NCBI GenBank assembly: GCA_045639045.1
Contig: JAZUCI010000131.1
Span: 1 to 51,110 of the forward strand
Source: Christensenellaceae bacterium
Lineage (GTDB): Bacteria > Bacillota > Clostridia > Christensenellales > Borkfalkiaceae
Direction of reading: 5' to 3'
DNA: 51,110 nucleotides
The translations under genes were made by a program, and so were the position numbers. Below the pieces are notes generated by a model. The model did not search any database and was not told the DNA's origin. It saw only the letters and a program-made list of their open reading frames with translations. Shown one piece after another: positions 16,231 to 26,172 of the stretch (its first letter is position 1; the number at the start of each line of letters is the position of its first letter).

Positions 16231-18474
16231 TTACCGTTTTGATTTATGCTTTTTCTTTTTATAGCGCGTGGGTTTTGCAAGCGAAAGGCGGTTTCCCTTC
16301 GGCTTCGCGCGTTTTTCTTCCTTTTTTTCTTTGAATGCGGGGGCAAATTCCTTATGAATTTTACCACCCGTTTCTTCTTCGGTAACTAAAGCGAAATCCA
16401 CCTTTCTTGCGGTTAAATCCGCGCGAAGAACGCGAATTACGATTTCGTCCCCCAAATGAAATTCGTGTTTTTTACCAAGTAACGCGAAGGTGTTTTCTTG
16501 ATAATCGTAGATATCCTTGGGGAGTTCTTCGGGGCGAATCAACCCTTCGCAAGAATCCGCCGTTTCGGCAAAGATTCCAAAGGAGGTTACCCCCGAAATG
16601 ACCGCGGGCATTTCCTTGCCAATAAAGCCGGACATATAATAAGTTTTATATAAATCGTCTACGTCCCGCTCGGTTTCATCTGCAATCCGTTCGCGCACGT
16701 TAGACTGCGCGGATGCGGATAAGCACGCTTCCTTTAGGGTACGCGCCTTTGCAATACCGCCGCGTAAAGCGGTTTTTAATACGCGATGCACCGTTAAATC
16801 GGGATAGCGACGGATGGGCGAGGTAAAGTGGCAGTACGTTTCGCTGGCAAGCCCAAAATGCCCTACGTTTTCGGGTTGGTATCTTGCCTTTTGCATACTG
16901 CGAAGCATTACGTCGTTTAACACGCGGAAATACGGTTGCCCTACCGCTAAATCCAAAAGATCCCTGAATTCCGCGGGGGAAACCTCTGCGCCAAAAGAAG
17001 CGCGAAGCCCTAACGCGGAAGCAAACGTGGAAAAAGTAAACAGTTTTTCGGGCGCGGGAGATTCGTGAACGCGGTAAACGAAAGGAATTTCCGCTTTTTC
17101 GGCGAACCTTGCCACCCCTTCGTTTGCGGCAATCATAAATTCTTCAATCAGTTTTTCCCCGTCCGCGCGCTTCCTTTCGCACACCGTAACTACGCCGTTA
17201 TCGTAGTAGATGCCCGATTCCTTTACTTCCAAATTCACCGCGCCGCGTTCGTATCTGCTATTTGATAACGCCTTTGCTAACGCGTTCATTTTAGTAAGCG
17301 TTTCGTCCGTTTTTTTATCGCCCGTGGACTTACCTTCCATTAGCCATTCGTTTACAGCGCCGTACGTTAAACGGCGGTCCGAACGAATTACGCTTTCCAT
17401 CAGTTCGCTTTTTACGGGATTTCCTTGCGCGGTAAACAAAATTTTGCAAGTTAAGGCAAGGCGGTATTCCCCTTCGTTTAGCGAACACGCGCCGTTCGAA
17501 AGGGCGGGGGGAAGCATGGGCAGTACCCGATCGGGGAAATACACGCTGGTTCCCCTTGCAAAGGCTTCCCTATCTAAAGCGCTACCCTGTTTTACGTAAT
17601 GGGTTACGTCTGCAATATGCACGTAAAGGGCTAAATACTCCCCTTCGGTTTCTAACGAAACCGCGTCGTCTATATCCCTAGTATCCGCGCCGTCGATGGT
17701 AAAGGTATATAAATCCGTAAAATTCGCGCGCGTTTCTAAATAGGGGGTAATATCTTCCTTCGCGTTTTTATCCGCTTCCTTTAATACCCCTTCGGGGAAG
17801 GATAAAGGCAAATCCGCTTCGCGTAAAATGCTTTCTTCTTCTAATAAAAGCGCGTTATCCGCGGTGAAAATTTCGGTAATTTCCCCTTCCGCGCCTTGTC
17901 CGCGAATGGGATATTCGGTGATATGCACAACCACGGTATCCCCCGTTTTTGCGCCGTAGGTTTTACCGAAAGGAATATATACGTCCCCGAAAAAGGGGTG
18001 CGCGTGGGGGGTTACAAAGCCCGTTTTACCGTTGTTTACCCCTTCAAACACGCCCGTAAGGGTTTTTAATTTGCGGTCTAATAAGGTTAAAACTTCCCCT
18101 TCGTCATTAGAGGCGGAAGCCTTTACGCTTTTGCGCGCCAAAACGGTGTCCCCATCCATTGCGCCGTGAAGGGCTTTACCGGGAACGAATAAATGCGGAA
18201 GGGAGGCGTCTTCGGGAATAAAAAAGGCAAAGCCCTTATCCCCACCTTGAATTCTGCCACGCATTGCGCCTGCGCGCGCGGAAGAAAGGTATTTTTTGTT
18301 TGCATCTAGCACGATTTCACCCTGCTTAACAAGTTCCCGCAAGGCGAAATGCAATTCTTCCTTTTCATATTCTTTATACATCCCCGCAAGCTTGCACAGT
18401 TCCTTTTCGCTGCGGAACTGATATTCCTTTTCCTTAAAGCAAGCGCGGAGTTTTTCAAGTAAGCGTTCGTTCAT
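16231..18474 (-). CDS. rnr: Ribonuclease R
   Basis: 747 aa. Cold-shock-like N-terminal domains, RNB catalytic motif TIDGADTRDIDDAVS, an S1 domain and a Lys-rich tail. Confidence 0.95.
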   Translation of the reverse strand: MNERLLEKLRACFKEKEYQFRSEKELCKLAGMYKEYEKEELHFALRELVKQGEIVLDANKKYLSSARAGAMRGRIQGGDKGFAFFIPEDASLPHLFVPGKALHGAMDGDTVLARKSVKASASNDEGEVLTLLDRKLKTLTGVFEGVNNGKTGFVTPHAHPFFGDVYIPFGKTYGAKTGDTVVVHITEYPIRGQGAEGEITEIFTADNALLLEEESILREADLPLSFPEGVLKEADKNAKEDITPYLETRANFTDLYTFTIDGADTRDIDDAVSLETEGEYLALYVHIADVTHYVKQGSALDREAFARGTSVYFPDRVLPMLPPALSNGACSLNEGEYRLALTCKILFTAQGNPVKSELMESVIRSDRRLTYGAVNEWLMEGKSTGDKKTDETLTKMNALAKALSNSRYERGAVNLEVKESGIYYDNGVVTVCERKRADGEKLIEEFMIAANEGVARFAEKAEIPFVYRVHESPAPEKLFTFSTFASALGLRASFGAEVSPAEFRDLLDLAVGQPYFRVLNDVMLRSMQKARYQPENVGHFGLASETYCHFTSPIRRYPDLTVHRVLKTALRGGIAKARTLKEACLSASAQSNVRERIADETERDVDDLYKTYYMSGFIGKEMPAVISGVTSFGIFAETADSCEGLIRPEELPKDIYDYQENTFALLGKKHEFHLGDEIVIRVLRADLTARKVDFALVTEEETGGKIHKEFAPAFKEKKEEKRAKPKGNRLSLAKPTRYKKKKHKSKR

Positions 18475-18499
18475 ACATCGTCCTTAAAACACGCGTAAA

Positions 18500-18532
18500 G
18501 AAAGAAAAGAGGCGGTTTACAAAACCGCCTCC
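18500..18532 (-). terminator. Intrinsic terminator after secG
   Basis: gaggcggtt / aaccgcctc hairpin, followed on the minus strand by uuuucuuucuuu. Confidence 0.65.
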
Positions 18533-18548
18533 CACTTCGTCTTTCGGA

Positions 18549-18845
18549 TTACGCAAGCAATTCTAATAAATAGAACCCGATGCAACATACGCCGATGCCG
18601 ATAAGGCAAACGACGGTGATGATTTTTAATACGGATTCTTTAGAGCGACCCTTGTTTTTGCTGTAAAAGGTTTCGCTGCTGCCACTAATAGCGTCAATCC
18701 CGTTGCTATTACCGTTTTGCATAATAACGCAAGCAATTGCAACCAAGGAAAGAAGCACGATAATCCCAACCAATACGGTACGGCTGATTCTCCACAAATC
18801 ATAGTATTTGAGAGGCGCTAACATCGCCTGAATAATTTCAAACAT
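18549..18845 (-). CDS. secG: Preprotein translocase subunit SecG
   Basis: Two TM helices flank MQNGNSNGIDAISGSSETFYSKNKGRSKESVLKIIT, which fits the SecG pattern Q-x-G...G...tF...R..E..L.k.T. Position upstream of rnr-smpB-ssrA matches B. subtilis. Start taken at the MFEII ATG (AAAGGATGG is 8 nt upstream); the track ORF extends to 18857. Confidence 0.7.
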   Translation of the reverse strand: MFEIIQAMLAPLKYYDLWRISRTVLVGIIVLLSLVAIACVIMQNGNSNGIDAISGSSETFYSKNKGRSKESVLKIITVVCLIGIGVCCIGFYLLELLA

Positions 18846-18980
18846 TTCTATAACCATCCTTTTCGTTACTTAAATTCGCAACACTTACCAAGTATACCAC
18901 ATCTTTCGCGGAAAAACAAGCGTTTTATTCCACATTTTTACCGGAAAAAGCGTTTTTTTTGCGAATTCTACCCAATTTTT

Positions 18981-20510
18981 TTAAGAAAGCAGGTTTTTAC
19001 CCGTCATTTCTTCGGGAGGATTGATGCCCATGGAAATCAAAAGCGTGGGAGCAATATCCGCCAAAATGCCGTTTGCCAAAGCCTTACCCTTAAAGCCTTC
19101 CCCTACCGCAATAAAGGGAACGGGGTTAGTGGTGTGGGCGGTGAAAGGCGATCCGTCTTCCGCAAGCATGGTATCCGCGTTGCCGTGGTCTGCCGTAATA
19201 AACAAATGGCCGCCGCGCGCCAAAATTGCATCTACAACCTTTTGCACGCAAGTATCTACCGCGTAAACCGCGCTTTCCGCTGCGCCCATAACGCCCGTAT
19301 GCCCTACCATATCGCAGTTGGCGAAGTTAAGGATGATTACGTCGTACACGTCCTTTTCAATTTCGCCAAGAACGGCGTCCGTAACTTCGTACGCGCTCAT
19401 TTCGGGTTTCAAATCGTAAGTTGCAACCTTGGGGGAAGGGATTAATACGCGTTCTTCGTTTGCGTTGGGGGCTTCTACCCCGCCGTTAAAGAAGAAGGTT
19501 ACGTGCGCGTATTTTTCGGTTTCCGCAATTCTAAGTTGCTTTTTGCCTTGCGAAGCAAGGAATTCACCCAACGTATTTTTTAAGCTTTGGGGACGGAACG
19601 CCACGGTTACGTTTTTGAACGTAGCGTCGTACTGCGTCATACATACCCAAGTTAAGTTTAATTTTTCACGGGCAAAACCCGTAAAATCGTCTTCTGCAAA
19701 CGCGCGAGAAATTTGACGCGCGCGGTCGGGACGGAAGTTAAAGAAAATTACGGAGTCCCCATCGTTTACCGTGGCAACGGGCTTGCCGTTTTCGGTAATC
19801 ACGGTGGGAAGAACGAATTCGTCCGTAACGCCCGCCGCGTAGCTTGCGCGAACGGCTTCGCTTGCGCTAACCGCGGTTGCGCCTACCCCTTCGGTAAGCA
19901 TACGGTACGCCTTTTCAACGCGATCCCAGTTGGTATCGCGGTCCATCGCGTAATATCTACCGCAAACCGAAGCGATTTTACCCGTGCCGATAGACGCCAT
20001 TTCCTTTTCCATTGCATCCAAAAAGTCTGCGCCGGAGGTGGGGGAAACGTCTCTGCCATCCATAAAGGCGTGCAAATATACGTTATCCAAACCTTGACGT
20101 TTTGCAAATTCTACAAGGGCGGTGATGTGCGTAAAGTGACTGTGAACGCCGCCATCCGAAACAAGCCCCATAAGGTGCAATTTACCGCCGTTTGCTTTGG
20201 CAAACGATACTGCTTTTAAGAAGGCTTCGTTCGCAAAAAAGTCCCCATCCTGAATGGATTTGGTGATACGGGTAAGTTCTTGATAAACGATTCTGCCCGC
20301 GCCGATGTTTAAGTGCCCTACTTCGGAGTTCCCCATTTGCCCATCGGGAAGACCAACGGACATACCGCTGGCGCCCAAAAGGGAGGTGGGATATTCGCGC
20401 ATCAACGCGTTTACGTTTTTACTGCCGGAGGTGGCGATAGCGTTCCCCTTATCGGGGTTTGCAATGCCATAGCCATCCATAATTACCAGCGCTACCGGTT
20501 TTTTAGCCAT
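18981..20510 (-). CDS. gpmI: 2,3-bisphosphoglycerate-independent phosphoglycerate mutase
   Basis: 509 aa. Motifs VALVIMDGYG, GNSEVGHLNIGAGR and ITADHGNAD. Confidence 0.96.
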   Translation of the reverse strand: MAKKPVALVIMDGYGIANPDKGNAIATSGSKNVNALMREYPTSLLGASGMSVGLPDGQMGNSEVGHLNIGAGRIVYQELTRITKSIQDGDFFANEAFLKAVSFAKANGGKLHLMGLVSDGGVHSHFTHITALVEFAKRQGLDNVYLHAFMDGRDVSPTSGADFLDAMEKEMASIGTGKIASVCGRYYAMDRDTNWDRVEKAYRMLTEGVGATAVSASEAVRASYAAGVTDEFVLPTVITENGKPVATVNDGDSVIFFNFRPDRARQISRAFAEDDFTGFAREKLNLTWVCMTQYDATFKNVTVAFRPQSLKNTLGEFLASQGKKQLRIAETEKYAHVTFFFNGGVEAPNANEERVLIPSPKVATYDLKPEMSAYEVTDAVLGEIEKDVYDVIILNFANCDMVGHTGVMGAAESAVYAVDTCVQKVVDAILARGGHLFITADHGNADTMLAEDGSPFTAHTTNPVPFIAVGEGFKGKALANGILADIAPTLLISMGINPPEEMTGKNLLS

Positions 20511-20520
20511 GATTTTCCCC

Positions 20521-21270
20521 TTAGTAGTTTACAACCTTGCTGAAATCTTCTGCCTTTAAGGAAGCGCCGCCGATTAAGCCGCCGTCGATTTCAGGCATGG
20601 ACATAAGTTCGCTTGCGTTTTTCGCATTCATGCTGCCGCCGTATTGAATACGGATTTCCGCGCCGCATTTAGCGCAAACTTTTTCAACCAAAGTTTTGCG
20701 GATAAACGCGATGGTTTCGTTTGCTTGTTCTTTGGTTGCGGTTCTGCCCGTACCGATTGCCCAAACGGGTTCGTAAGCAACAACGATATTTGCAGGCATA
20801 TCAAACGCGGTTAAGTTTTGGAAAGCGCCCAAAATTTGACGTTCCAACACTTCTTCGGTTTTGCCCGTTTCGCGTTCTTCTAAAGTTTCGCCAACGCAGA
20901 TAATGGGTTTTAAGCCGTTTTTAAGCGCTTGTTCTGCGCGTTTGTTTACGGTTTCATCCGTTTCTGCAAAGTATTGTCTTCTTTCGCTGTGGCCGATGAT
21001 TACGTATTCAACGCCGATTTCTTTGAGCATTTCTGCGGAAATTTCCCCCGTGAAAGCGCCTTTATCAGCAAAGTGTACGTTTTCTGCGCCAAGTTTAATG
21101 TTGGTACCTTTTACAAGTTCTGCCGCTGCGGGAAGAAGGGTGAAGGGTACGCAAATTGCTACTTCGCATTGCGCGTCCTTAACAAGGGGAATCAATTCCT
21201 TAATTAAAGCGCTGCCCGATGCGATGGTGTTGTTCATTTTCCAGTTACCAGCAATAATAGGTTTTCTCAT
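20521..21270 (-). CDS. tpiA: Triosephosphate isomerase
   Basis: 249 aa. Motifs IAGNWKMN, IIGHSERR and AYEPVWAIGTG. Confidence 0.96.
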   Translation of the reverse strand: MRKPIIAGNWKMNNTIASGSALIKELIPLVKDAQCEVAICVPFTLLPAAAELVKGTNIKLGAENVHFADKGAFTGEISAEMLKEIGVEYVIIGHSERRQYFAETDETVNKRAEQALKNGLKPIICVGETLEERETGKTEEVLERQILGAFQNLTAFDMPANIVVAYEPVWAIGTGRTATKEQANETIAFIRKTLVEKVCAKCGAEIRIQYGGSMNAKNASELMSMPEIDGGLIGGASLKAEDFSKVVNY

Positions 21271-21347
21271 TTTCGTTCTCCTAAAATTTTTTATTCAAAG
21301 CAGGGGAAAAGCGAGAACCACGTTCCCGCCTACCCTTATTTTATTTT

Positions 21348-22661
21348 TTAGTTTTTATCGTTTAAGCATTCGATACCGGGAAGTTTTTTGCCTTCGAAGA
21401 GTTCCAAGGATGCGCCGCCGCCCGTGGAGATGTGGCTCATCTTATCCGCAAAGCCAAGGTTTGCAACTGCCGCTGCGCTATCCCCACCGCCGATGATGGT
21501 GGTTGCGCCTTCCGCGTTTGCAAGCGCTTGCGCTACCGCGATGGTACCGTTAGCAAAGCTGGGGTTTTCGAATACGCCCATGGGGCCGTTCCAAATAACC
21601 GTTTTAGCCGAAGCAACTGCGTCTGCGTACAGTTTGCAGGTCTTAGGACCGATATCCATACTTTCCTTATCTTCGGGAATCGCGGTTAAATCTACAACCG
21701 TTGCTTCTACGGGTTTATCGATAGGATCGGGGAAATTGCCAACAACCGCGTCGATGGGAAGAAGTAATTTTTTACCCAAGGTTTCCGCTTTTTTCATCAT
21801 ATCCAAGCAGTATTCGATTTTGCTTTCGTCTACCAAGGATTGACCAACCGAATAGCCTTGCGCCTTTAAGAAGGTGTAAGCCATACCGCCGCCGATGATT
21901 AAAGTATCGCATTTTTCAAGCAAGTTGTTGATAACGTTTAATTTATCCGCAATTTTTGCGCCGCCAAGGATAGCAACGAAGGGAGATACGGGGTTTTCCA
22001 AAGCGTTTGCCATAACCGAAAGTTCTTTTTCGATTAAGAAGCCGCAAACTGCCGTTTTAACGAAGCCGTATTCTACGATTGCAGCGGTGGAAGCGTGCGA
22101 ACGGTGCGCGGTACCGAACGCGTCGTTTACGTATACTTCCGCAAAGGATGCAAGTTCCTTACAGAATTCTTCCTTTCTGCCTTCTTCGCCTGCGTCGAAA
22201 CGAAGGTTTTCCAAAAGAACGCATTCGCCGTCCTTTAACGCGGCAACCTTTGCTTTTGCATCTTCCCCAACGATATCCGTTGCGAAAGCAACTTTACCGT
22301 CCAAAAGTTCGTTTAAGCGATCTGCAACGGGCTTTAAGGAATACTTTTCACGGTCCTTTAACGCCTTTTTCAAGTATTCTGCCTTTGCTGCTTCGCGTTC
22401 GCCTTCGGGAAGTTTTTCAACGGCTTTCTTTTCCTTTTTGCTTAAGCCGAAGCCTTCGGTAAACACGTTGTGGGGTTTACCCATGTGCGAGCAAAGAATT
22501 ACCTTTGCGCCGTGTTCCATCAAGTATTGGATGGTGGGAAGAGCACCGTTGATACGGTTTTCATCCGTAATTTTCCCATCCTTCATGGGAACGTTGAAGT
22601 CTACGCGTACCAGACATTTTTTGCCCTTTACGTCTACGTCTTTAATGGACATCTTGTTCAT
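21348..22661 (-). CDS. pgk: Phosphoglycerate kinase (with ~35-40 aa insertion in the N-domain)
   Basis: 437 aa. Motifs [25 protein letters not shown] and STGGGASLE. Confidence 0.95.
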   Translation of the reverse strand: MNKMSIKDVDVKGKKCLVRVDFNVPMKDGKITDENRINGALPTIQYLMEHGAKVILCSHMGKPHNVFTEGFGLSKKEKKAVEKLPEGEREAAKAEYLKKALKDREKYSLKPVADRLNELLDGKVAFATDIVGEDAKAKVAALKDGECVLLENLRFDAGEEGRKEEFCKELASFAEVYVNDAFGTAHRSHASTAAIVEYGFVKTAVCGFLIEKELSVMANALENPVSPFVAILGGAKIADKLNVINNLLEKCDTLIIGGGMAYTFLKAQGYSVGQSLVDESKIEYCLDMMKKAETLGKKLLLPIDAVVGNFPDPIDKPVEATVVDLTAIPEDKESMDIGPKTCKLYADAVASAKTVIWNGPMGVFENPSFANGTIAVAQALANAEGATTIIGGGDSAAAVANLGFADKMSHISTGGGASLELFEGKKLPGIECLNDKN

Positions 22662-22714
22662 TGCTGTTTCTCCTTATATAAGTTTTATTATTAACAAAAT
22701 TTTTGTTTTTTAAG

Positions 22715-24406
22715 TTAGGCGTTGTTTCTTGCAACGCTGTTAGCCACGTTTACCATATGGTCCGCAATACGTTCCATATTGTTGGCGGTGGAAAGGTACA
22801 TCGCGCCCGTAACGGGGGTACACAAACCTTGGTTTAAGCGATCGATATGGGCGTTGCCCATGCGGTCCTTTGCGCCGTCCACCCGTTCTTCAATTTCGAT
22901 AATCGCGGGCATACGGTCAAGGCTTCTGGTATCGAAGGTATACATTACGTCCAAATAAAGGGCGCGCGAATCTTCAAACACTTGCATGATTTCCTTTTTC
23001 GCGTCGTCCGAGAATTGTAAGTTTTCTTCGCGCATACGGTCGCCGTATTCCATTAAGTTTTCGGCGTAGTCCCCAATACGTTCGATATCGCTAATTACGC
23101 GGTAGTAGGTAGAAAGGGTTTTCTTATCCTGCGTGTTGATATCCGACGCGATAATTTTTACGAGGTAGGAAGAAATTTCGCGGTTTAGGAAGTTGATGTC
23201 GTCTTCCGTTTTGTTGAATTCTTCAACCACGTCCTCCTCTGCTTCCACCAAGGAGTTTACCGCGCGTTCGTAGTTCTTAAACGCTAGGCTACCCATGTGT
23301 ATAATTTCGCTTTTTACCAAGCCAACCGCAACCATGGGGGTTTCCAAAATCAGGGGATCTAAGTATTGCAAACGGTTTTCCCCCGCTACCTTCACGCCCT
23401 TCTTATCCTTAACAATTTTGGTTGCAAGGAATACCAAGCCTTTGGTGAAGGGTAACAGGCAAAGGGTTACCACCACGTTGAAAATGGTGTGGAAGTTTGC
23501 AATTTGACGTTGAATATTCGTTCCGCTTAACGAAACCATTGCCTTTGCAATTTCGTTTTGCCAAATCAGTAAGGGAACTAAAACGATACAGCAACCGATC
23601 ACGTTGAAAAGCAGGTGAATTACCGCAGTTCTTCTTGCGTTTACGTCCGTACCCATAGCGGAAAGGATTGCCGTGATACAAGTTCCGATGTTAGAACCAA
23701 GCGTAATATACATTGCTTGTACCAAACCAAGTACGGGAATGCCCGCGCCCGAAGTAGTACCCGCCAAAACGATGACGATACTGGTTACGGTGGAAGAGCT
23801 TTGAATTAACGCAGTAAACACGATACCGATAATCAATAACAGTACGGGGTTTTTAACCGCAGAGAACACCTTGGTAATGGAAGGAACTTCATCAATCAGC
23901 ACTTTTACCGAAGAGCTCATAAATTCCAAGCCCAAGAAAATCATACCAAGGCCCATAAAAATGCGCCCCACTACGCGAACCATTTTCTTTTTTGCAACTA
24001 GCGAGCAAATGAAGCCCACCCCTGCAAGAAGAGAAAAAATTGCGGTTACGTCAAATAAATTTACGCTTTCTAAGGCTACGATTTGCGCGGTAATGGTGGT
24101 ACCGATGTTCGCCCCCATAATTACCGTTGCCGCTTGCGCCATAGTAAGCATGCCGATGTTTACGAAACCAACCAGCATTACGGTGGTTGCCGCGCTGCTT
24201 TGAATTAGCGCCGTAACCCCCATACCGATACCAACGCCCGCAATTCGGTTGTTGGTTACCTTGTTTAGCCATTTTTTAATTTTGCCGCCCGCGGCCTTTT
24301 GTAAGTTTGCGCCCATGAAGTTCATACCGAACATCAAAAGCATTAAGCCGCCGCACATTAAGAAAACTTGCTCCAAAATAGTCTGTACCATTTCGTTTTC
24401 TCCCAT
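22715..24406 (-). CDS. Na+/phosphate cotransporter family protein with C-terminal PhoU-like domain
   Basis: 563 aa. Duplicated ALIQSSAATT / ALIQSSSTVTS signature repeats in a polytopic N-terminal half. Helical PhoU-like C-terminal half (IERIGDYAENL, MERIADHMVNV). The real start may be the second ATG at 24391. Confidence 0.85.
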   Translation of the reverse strand: MGENEMVQTILEQVFLMCGGLMLLMFGMNFMGANLQKAAGGKIKKWLNKVTNNRIAGVGIGMGVTALIQSSAATTVMLVGFVNIGMLTMAQAATVIMGANIGTTITAQIVALESVNLFDVTAIFSLLAGVGFICSLVAKKKMVRVVGRIFMGLGMIFLGLEFMSSSVKVLIDEVPSITKVFSAVKNPVLLLIIGIVFTALIQSSSTVTSIVIVLAGTTSGAGIPVLGLVQAMYITLGSNIGTCITAILSAMGTDVNARRTAVIHLLFNVIGCCIVLVPLLIWQNEIAKAMVSLSGTNIQRQIANFHTIFNVVVTLCLLPFTKGLVFLATKIVKDKKGVKVAGENRLQYLDPLILETPMVAVGLVKSEIIHMGSLAFKNYERAVNSLVEAEEDVVEEFNKTEDDINFLNREISSYLVKIIASDINTQDKKTLSTYYRVISDIERIGDYAENLMEYGDRMREENLQFSDDAKKEIMQVFEDSRALYLDVMYTFDTRSLDRMPAIIEIEERVDGAKDRMGNAHIDRLNQGLCTPVTGAMYLSTANNMERIADHMVNVANSVARNNA

Positions 24407-24431
24407 CCTAAAGTTAAACTCAATCTATTAG

Positions 24432-24461
24432 ATTGTACCTTATTTCCTTTTCCTTTGTCAA
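24432..24461 (-). promoter_or_regulatory. Sigma-A promoter for the Na/Pi cotransporter gene (TTGACA-18-TACAAT)
   Basis: Minus strand reads ttgaca aaggaaaaggaaataagg tacaat. Overlapped by the palindrome at 24421-24435. Confidence 0.5.
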
Positions 24462-24492
24462 ACGTTTTAAGGCGAAATGTGCTTTTTTGACA

Positions 24493-24530
24493 ATAAAAAT
24501 ACGCGCACGCGTGGAAAACGCGTGCGCGTA
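24493..24530 (-). terminator. Intrinsic terminator after the LUD-domain gene
   Basis: 12-bp GC-rich stem tacgcgcacgcg / cgcgtgcgcgta, followed on the minus strand by auuuuuauu. Confidence 0.65.
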
Positions 24531-24548
24531 GAAGGTTTTTGCCTTGGA

Positions 24549-25220
24549 TTAAAAGCCTAACGGCTCGGCAACCAAAATTACTTTGATTCTACCGGGATGC
24601 CGTTGATATGCGGAAATTAAGTATTGACAGCAAATGCGGCTTTCGGATAAGCACCCGTCGCAAGGGTAAGCGGTGCGGGATAAGGAAACGCATTCCCCCT
24701 TTTCCTTACAGTAGGTTTGCATTTGCAAGCGTTTGGTGTTAGCGGGGGCGGCAAGTTCCTTAACGCGTTTTACCGCGGCGGGAATATCCCTTACGATTTT
24801 ATTTACCCCTGCAACCACGATAACGCTTTTAGGGCCGAACGCTATGGCGGCCACGCGGTTGCCGTTGCCATCCACGTTATACAGTTCCCCGTTTTCGGTA
24901 ATGGCGTTCGTTCCCGTTAAAAATACGTCTGCGGAAAGCGCTTCCACCTGCTTTTGCAAGGCTTGTTCACGGGTTAACGTGGGATCGTAACGATCGATTA
25001 AGCGGTATTCTTCCCCTTTGATTAAGGGGAACACGTTACATTCGTTTAAGGTTTCGCTTCCCCCCAAACCGATGCTTGCGCCCACGGGAATCAGTCCCTT
25101 TACGATTTCGGCTACTTCCTCCCTACTATCCGCAAAGTATACTTCCATACGGTTTTTTCTAAGGGCGGCAGAAACCCTTTCTATTTGATTTTTCCAAACG
25201 GATTTTACGTGTTCGTTCAT
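24549..25220 (-). CDS. LUD-domain (LutC/YkgG-like lactate-utilization family) protein with C-terminal Cys cluster
   Basis: 223 aa. ...SIGLGGSETL..., FLTGTNAITENGELYNVDGNGNRV, then C-x5-C...C-x2-C...CC. Family call made from pattern memory. Confidence 0.7.
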   Translation of the reverse strand: MNEHVKSVWKNQIERVSAALRKNRMEVYFADSREEVAEIVKGLIPVGASIGLGGSETLNECNVFPLIKGEEYRLIDRYDPTLTREQALQKQVEALSADVFLTGTNAITENGELYNVDGNGNRVAAIAFGPKSVIVVAGVNKIVRDIPAAVKRVKELAAPANTKRLQMQTYCKEKGECVSLSRTAYPCDGCLSESRICCQYLISAYQRHPGRIKVILVAEPLGF

Positions 25221-25235
25221 TGTTTTATCCCCCTA

Positions 25236-25880
25236 TTAGTTATCGTCGCAACGTTCTACCGAAAGGATAAAGGGGCAAGTTCTTAGCGCCATTGCAAGGT
25301 GCGCCGAATCAAATTCCCTATCCGTATTTAAGGTGGCGTGAATTAAAATTTTATCCCCTTCGGTTTTCATAAACAAACGGGTGAAACGATCGATTTCAAA
25401 CATTTCCTTTACCTTTTCACGCTCGTCCAAAGTTTCTTCAAACACGATTTTCAGCATAAAGCCTTTCTTCATCTTAAACGCTTTGATGGGCAAATGCAAA
25501 ATCACTTGTACCAAGATTAAGATAAGGGAAGCGCCAACCGCCAAGATATATAAGCCGCCGCCGCAAGCCATACCTACGCCCGCGCTTGCCCATATACCCG
25601 CCGCGGTGGTTAACCCGTGTACGGCGTGTTTGCGGTAAACGATAATGCCCGCGCCAAGGAAACCGATGCCCGTTACGATTTGCGCCGCAACGCGCGCCGC
25701 GTCCGCTTCCCCACCAAAGGCGTATTTGGAAACCGCCATCATAAGGGCGGAGCCTACGCTTACGATTGCGTGCGTACGAATCCCTGCTTCCTTAGAACGC
25801 AACTTTCTTTCAAACCCGATGATAAAACCGAGCGCCGCGGAAAGCAAGATATTCAAAAGTGAAATCCATTGTTCTTTCAT
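25236..25880 (-). CDS. mgtC: MgtC/SapB-family membrane protein
   Basis: 214 aa. GFERKLRSKEAGIRTHAIVSVGSAL...QIVTGIGFLGAGII plus a soluble ACT-like C-terminus. Confidence 0.85.
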   Translation of the reverse strand: MKEQWISLLNILLSAALGFIIGFERKLRSKEAGIRTHAIVSVGSALMMAVSKYAFGGEADAARVAAQIVTGIGFLGAGIIVYRKHAVHGLTTAAGIWASAGVGMACGGGLYILAVGASLILILVQVILHLPIKAFKMKKGFMLKIVFEETLDEREKVKEMFEIDRFTRLFMKTEGDKILIHATLNTDREFDSAHLAMALRTCPFILSVERCDDN

Positions 25881-25894
25881 TGTTTGTTCCCCCT

Positions 25895-26170
25895 TTACAG
25901 TTGTATTACGCCGTTATGAATAAAGAATAACAACGCAATTTGCCACGCGATACCAAGGAAGTTTACCGCGTAAAAATACCAATGTTTTGTCTTATGGCGC
26001 ACCGTTTGCATAGCGATAAGCGCACCCGTTGCCCCACCGAAAAAGCCCAAGGAAAGCAGTACCTTTTCGGGAATTCGCCACGCGCCGCGTTTTGCCTTTG
26101 CTTTATCCGCCGCGTAAACGAAAAATGTGATCAGCGAAATGGTTGCAAGGAAAAGTAGATAAATTTTCAT
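25895..26170 (-). CDS. DUF1294-family small membrane protein
   Basis: 91 aa. YAADKAKAKRGAWRIPEKVLLSLGFFGGATGALIAMQTVRHKTKH. Confidence 0.75.
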   Translation of the reverse strand: MKIYLLFLATISLITFFVYAADKAKAKRGAWRIPEKVLLSLGFFGGATGALIAMQTVRHKTKHWYFYAVNFLGIAWQIALLFFIHNGVIQL

Positions 26171-26172
26171 CC

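Noticed and set aside
18981-22661. Absence of gap and eno from the pgk-tpiA-gpmI cluster as a possible deletion
   Set aside because: Glycolytic operon composition varies widely among Firmicutes. The junctions (Na/Pi transporter gene upstream, secG promoter downstream) show no remnants or pseudogene fragments.
21895-22713. 272-aa plus-strand ORF antisense to pgk, and 20861-21496 and 19713-20219 antisense to tpiA and gpmI
   Set aside because: These are antisense shadows of highly conserved glycolytic genes. The products are Ser/Phe/Ala-rich nonsense sequence with no translation signals.
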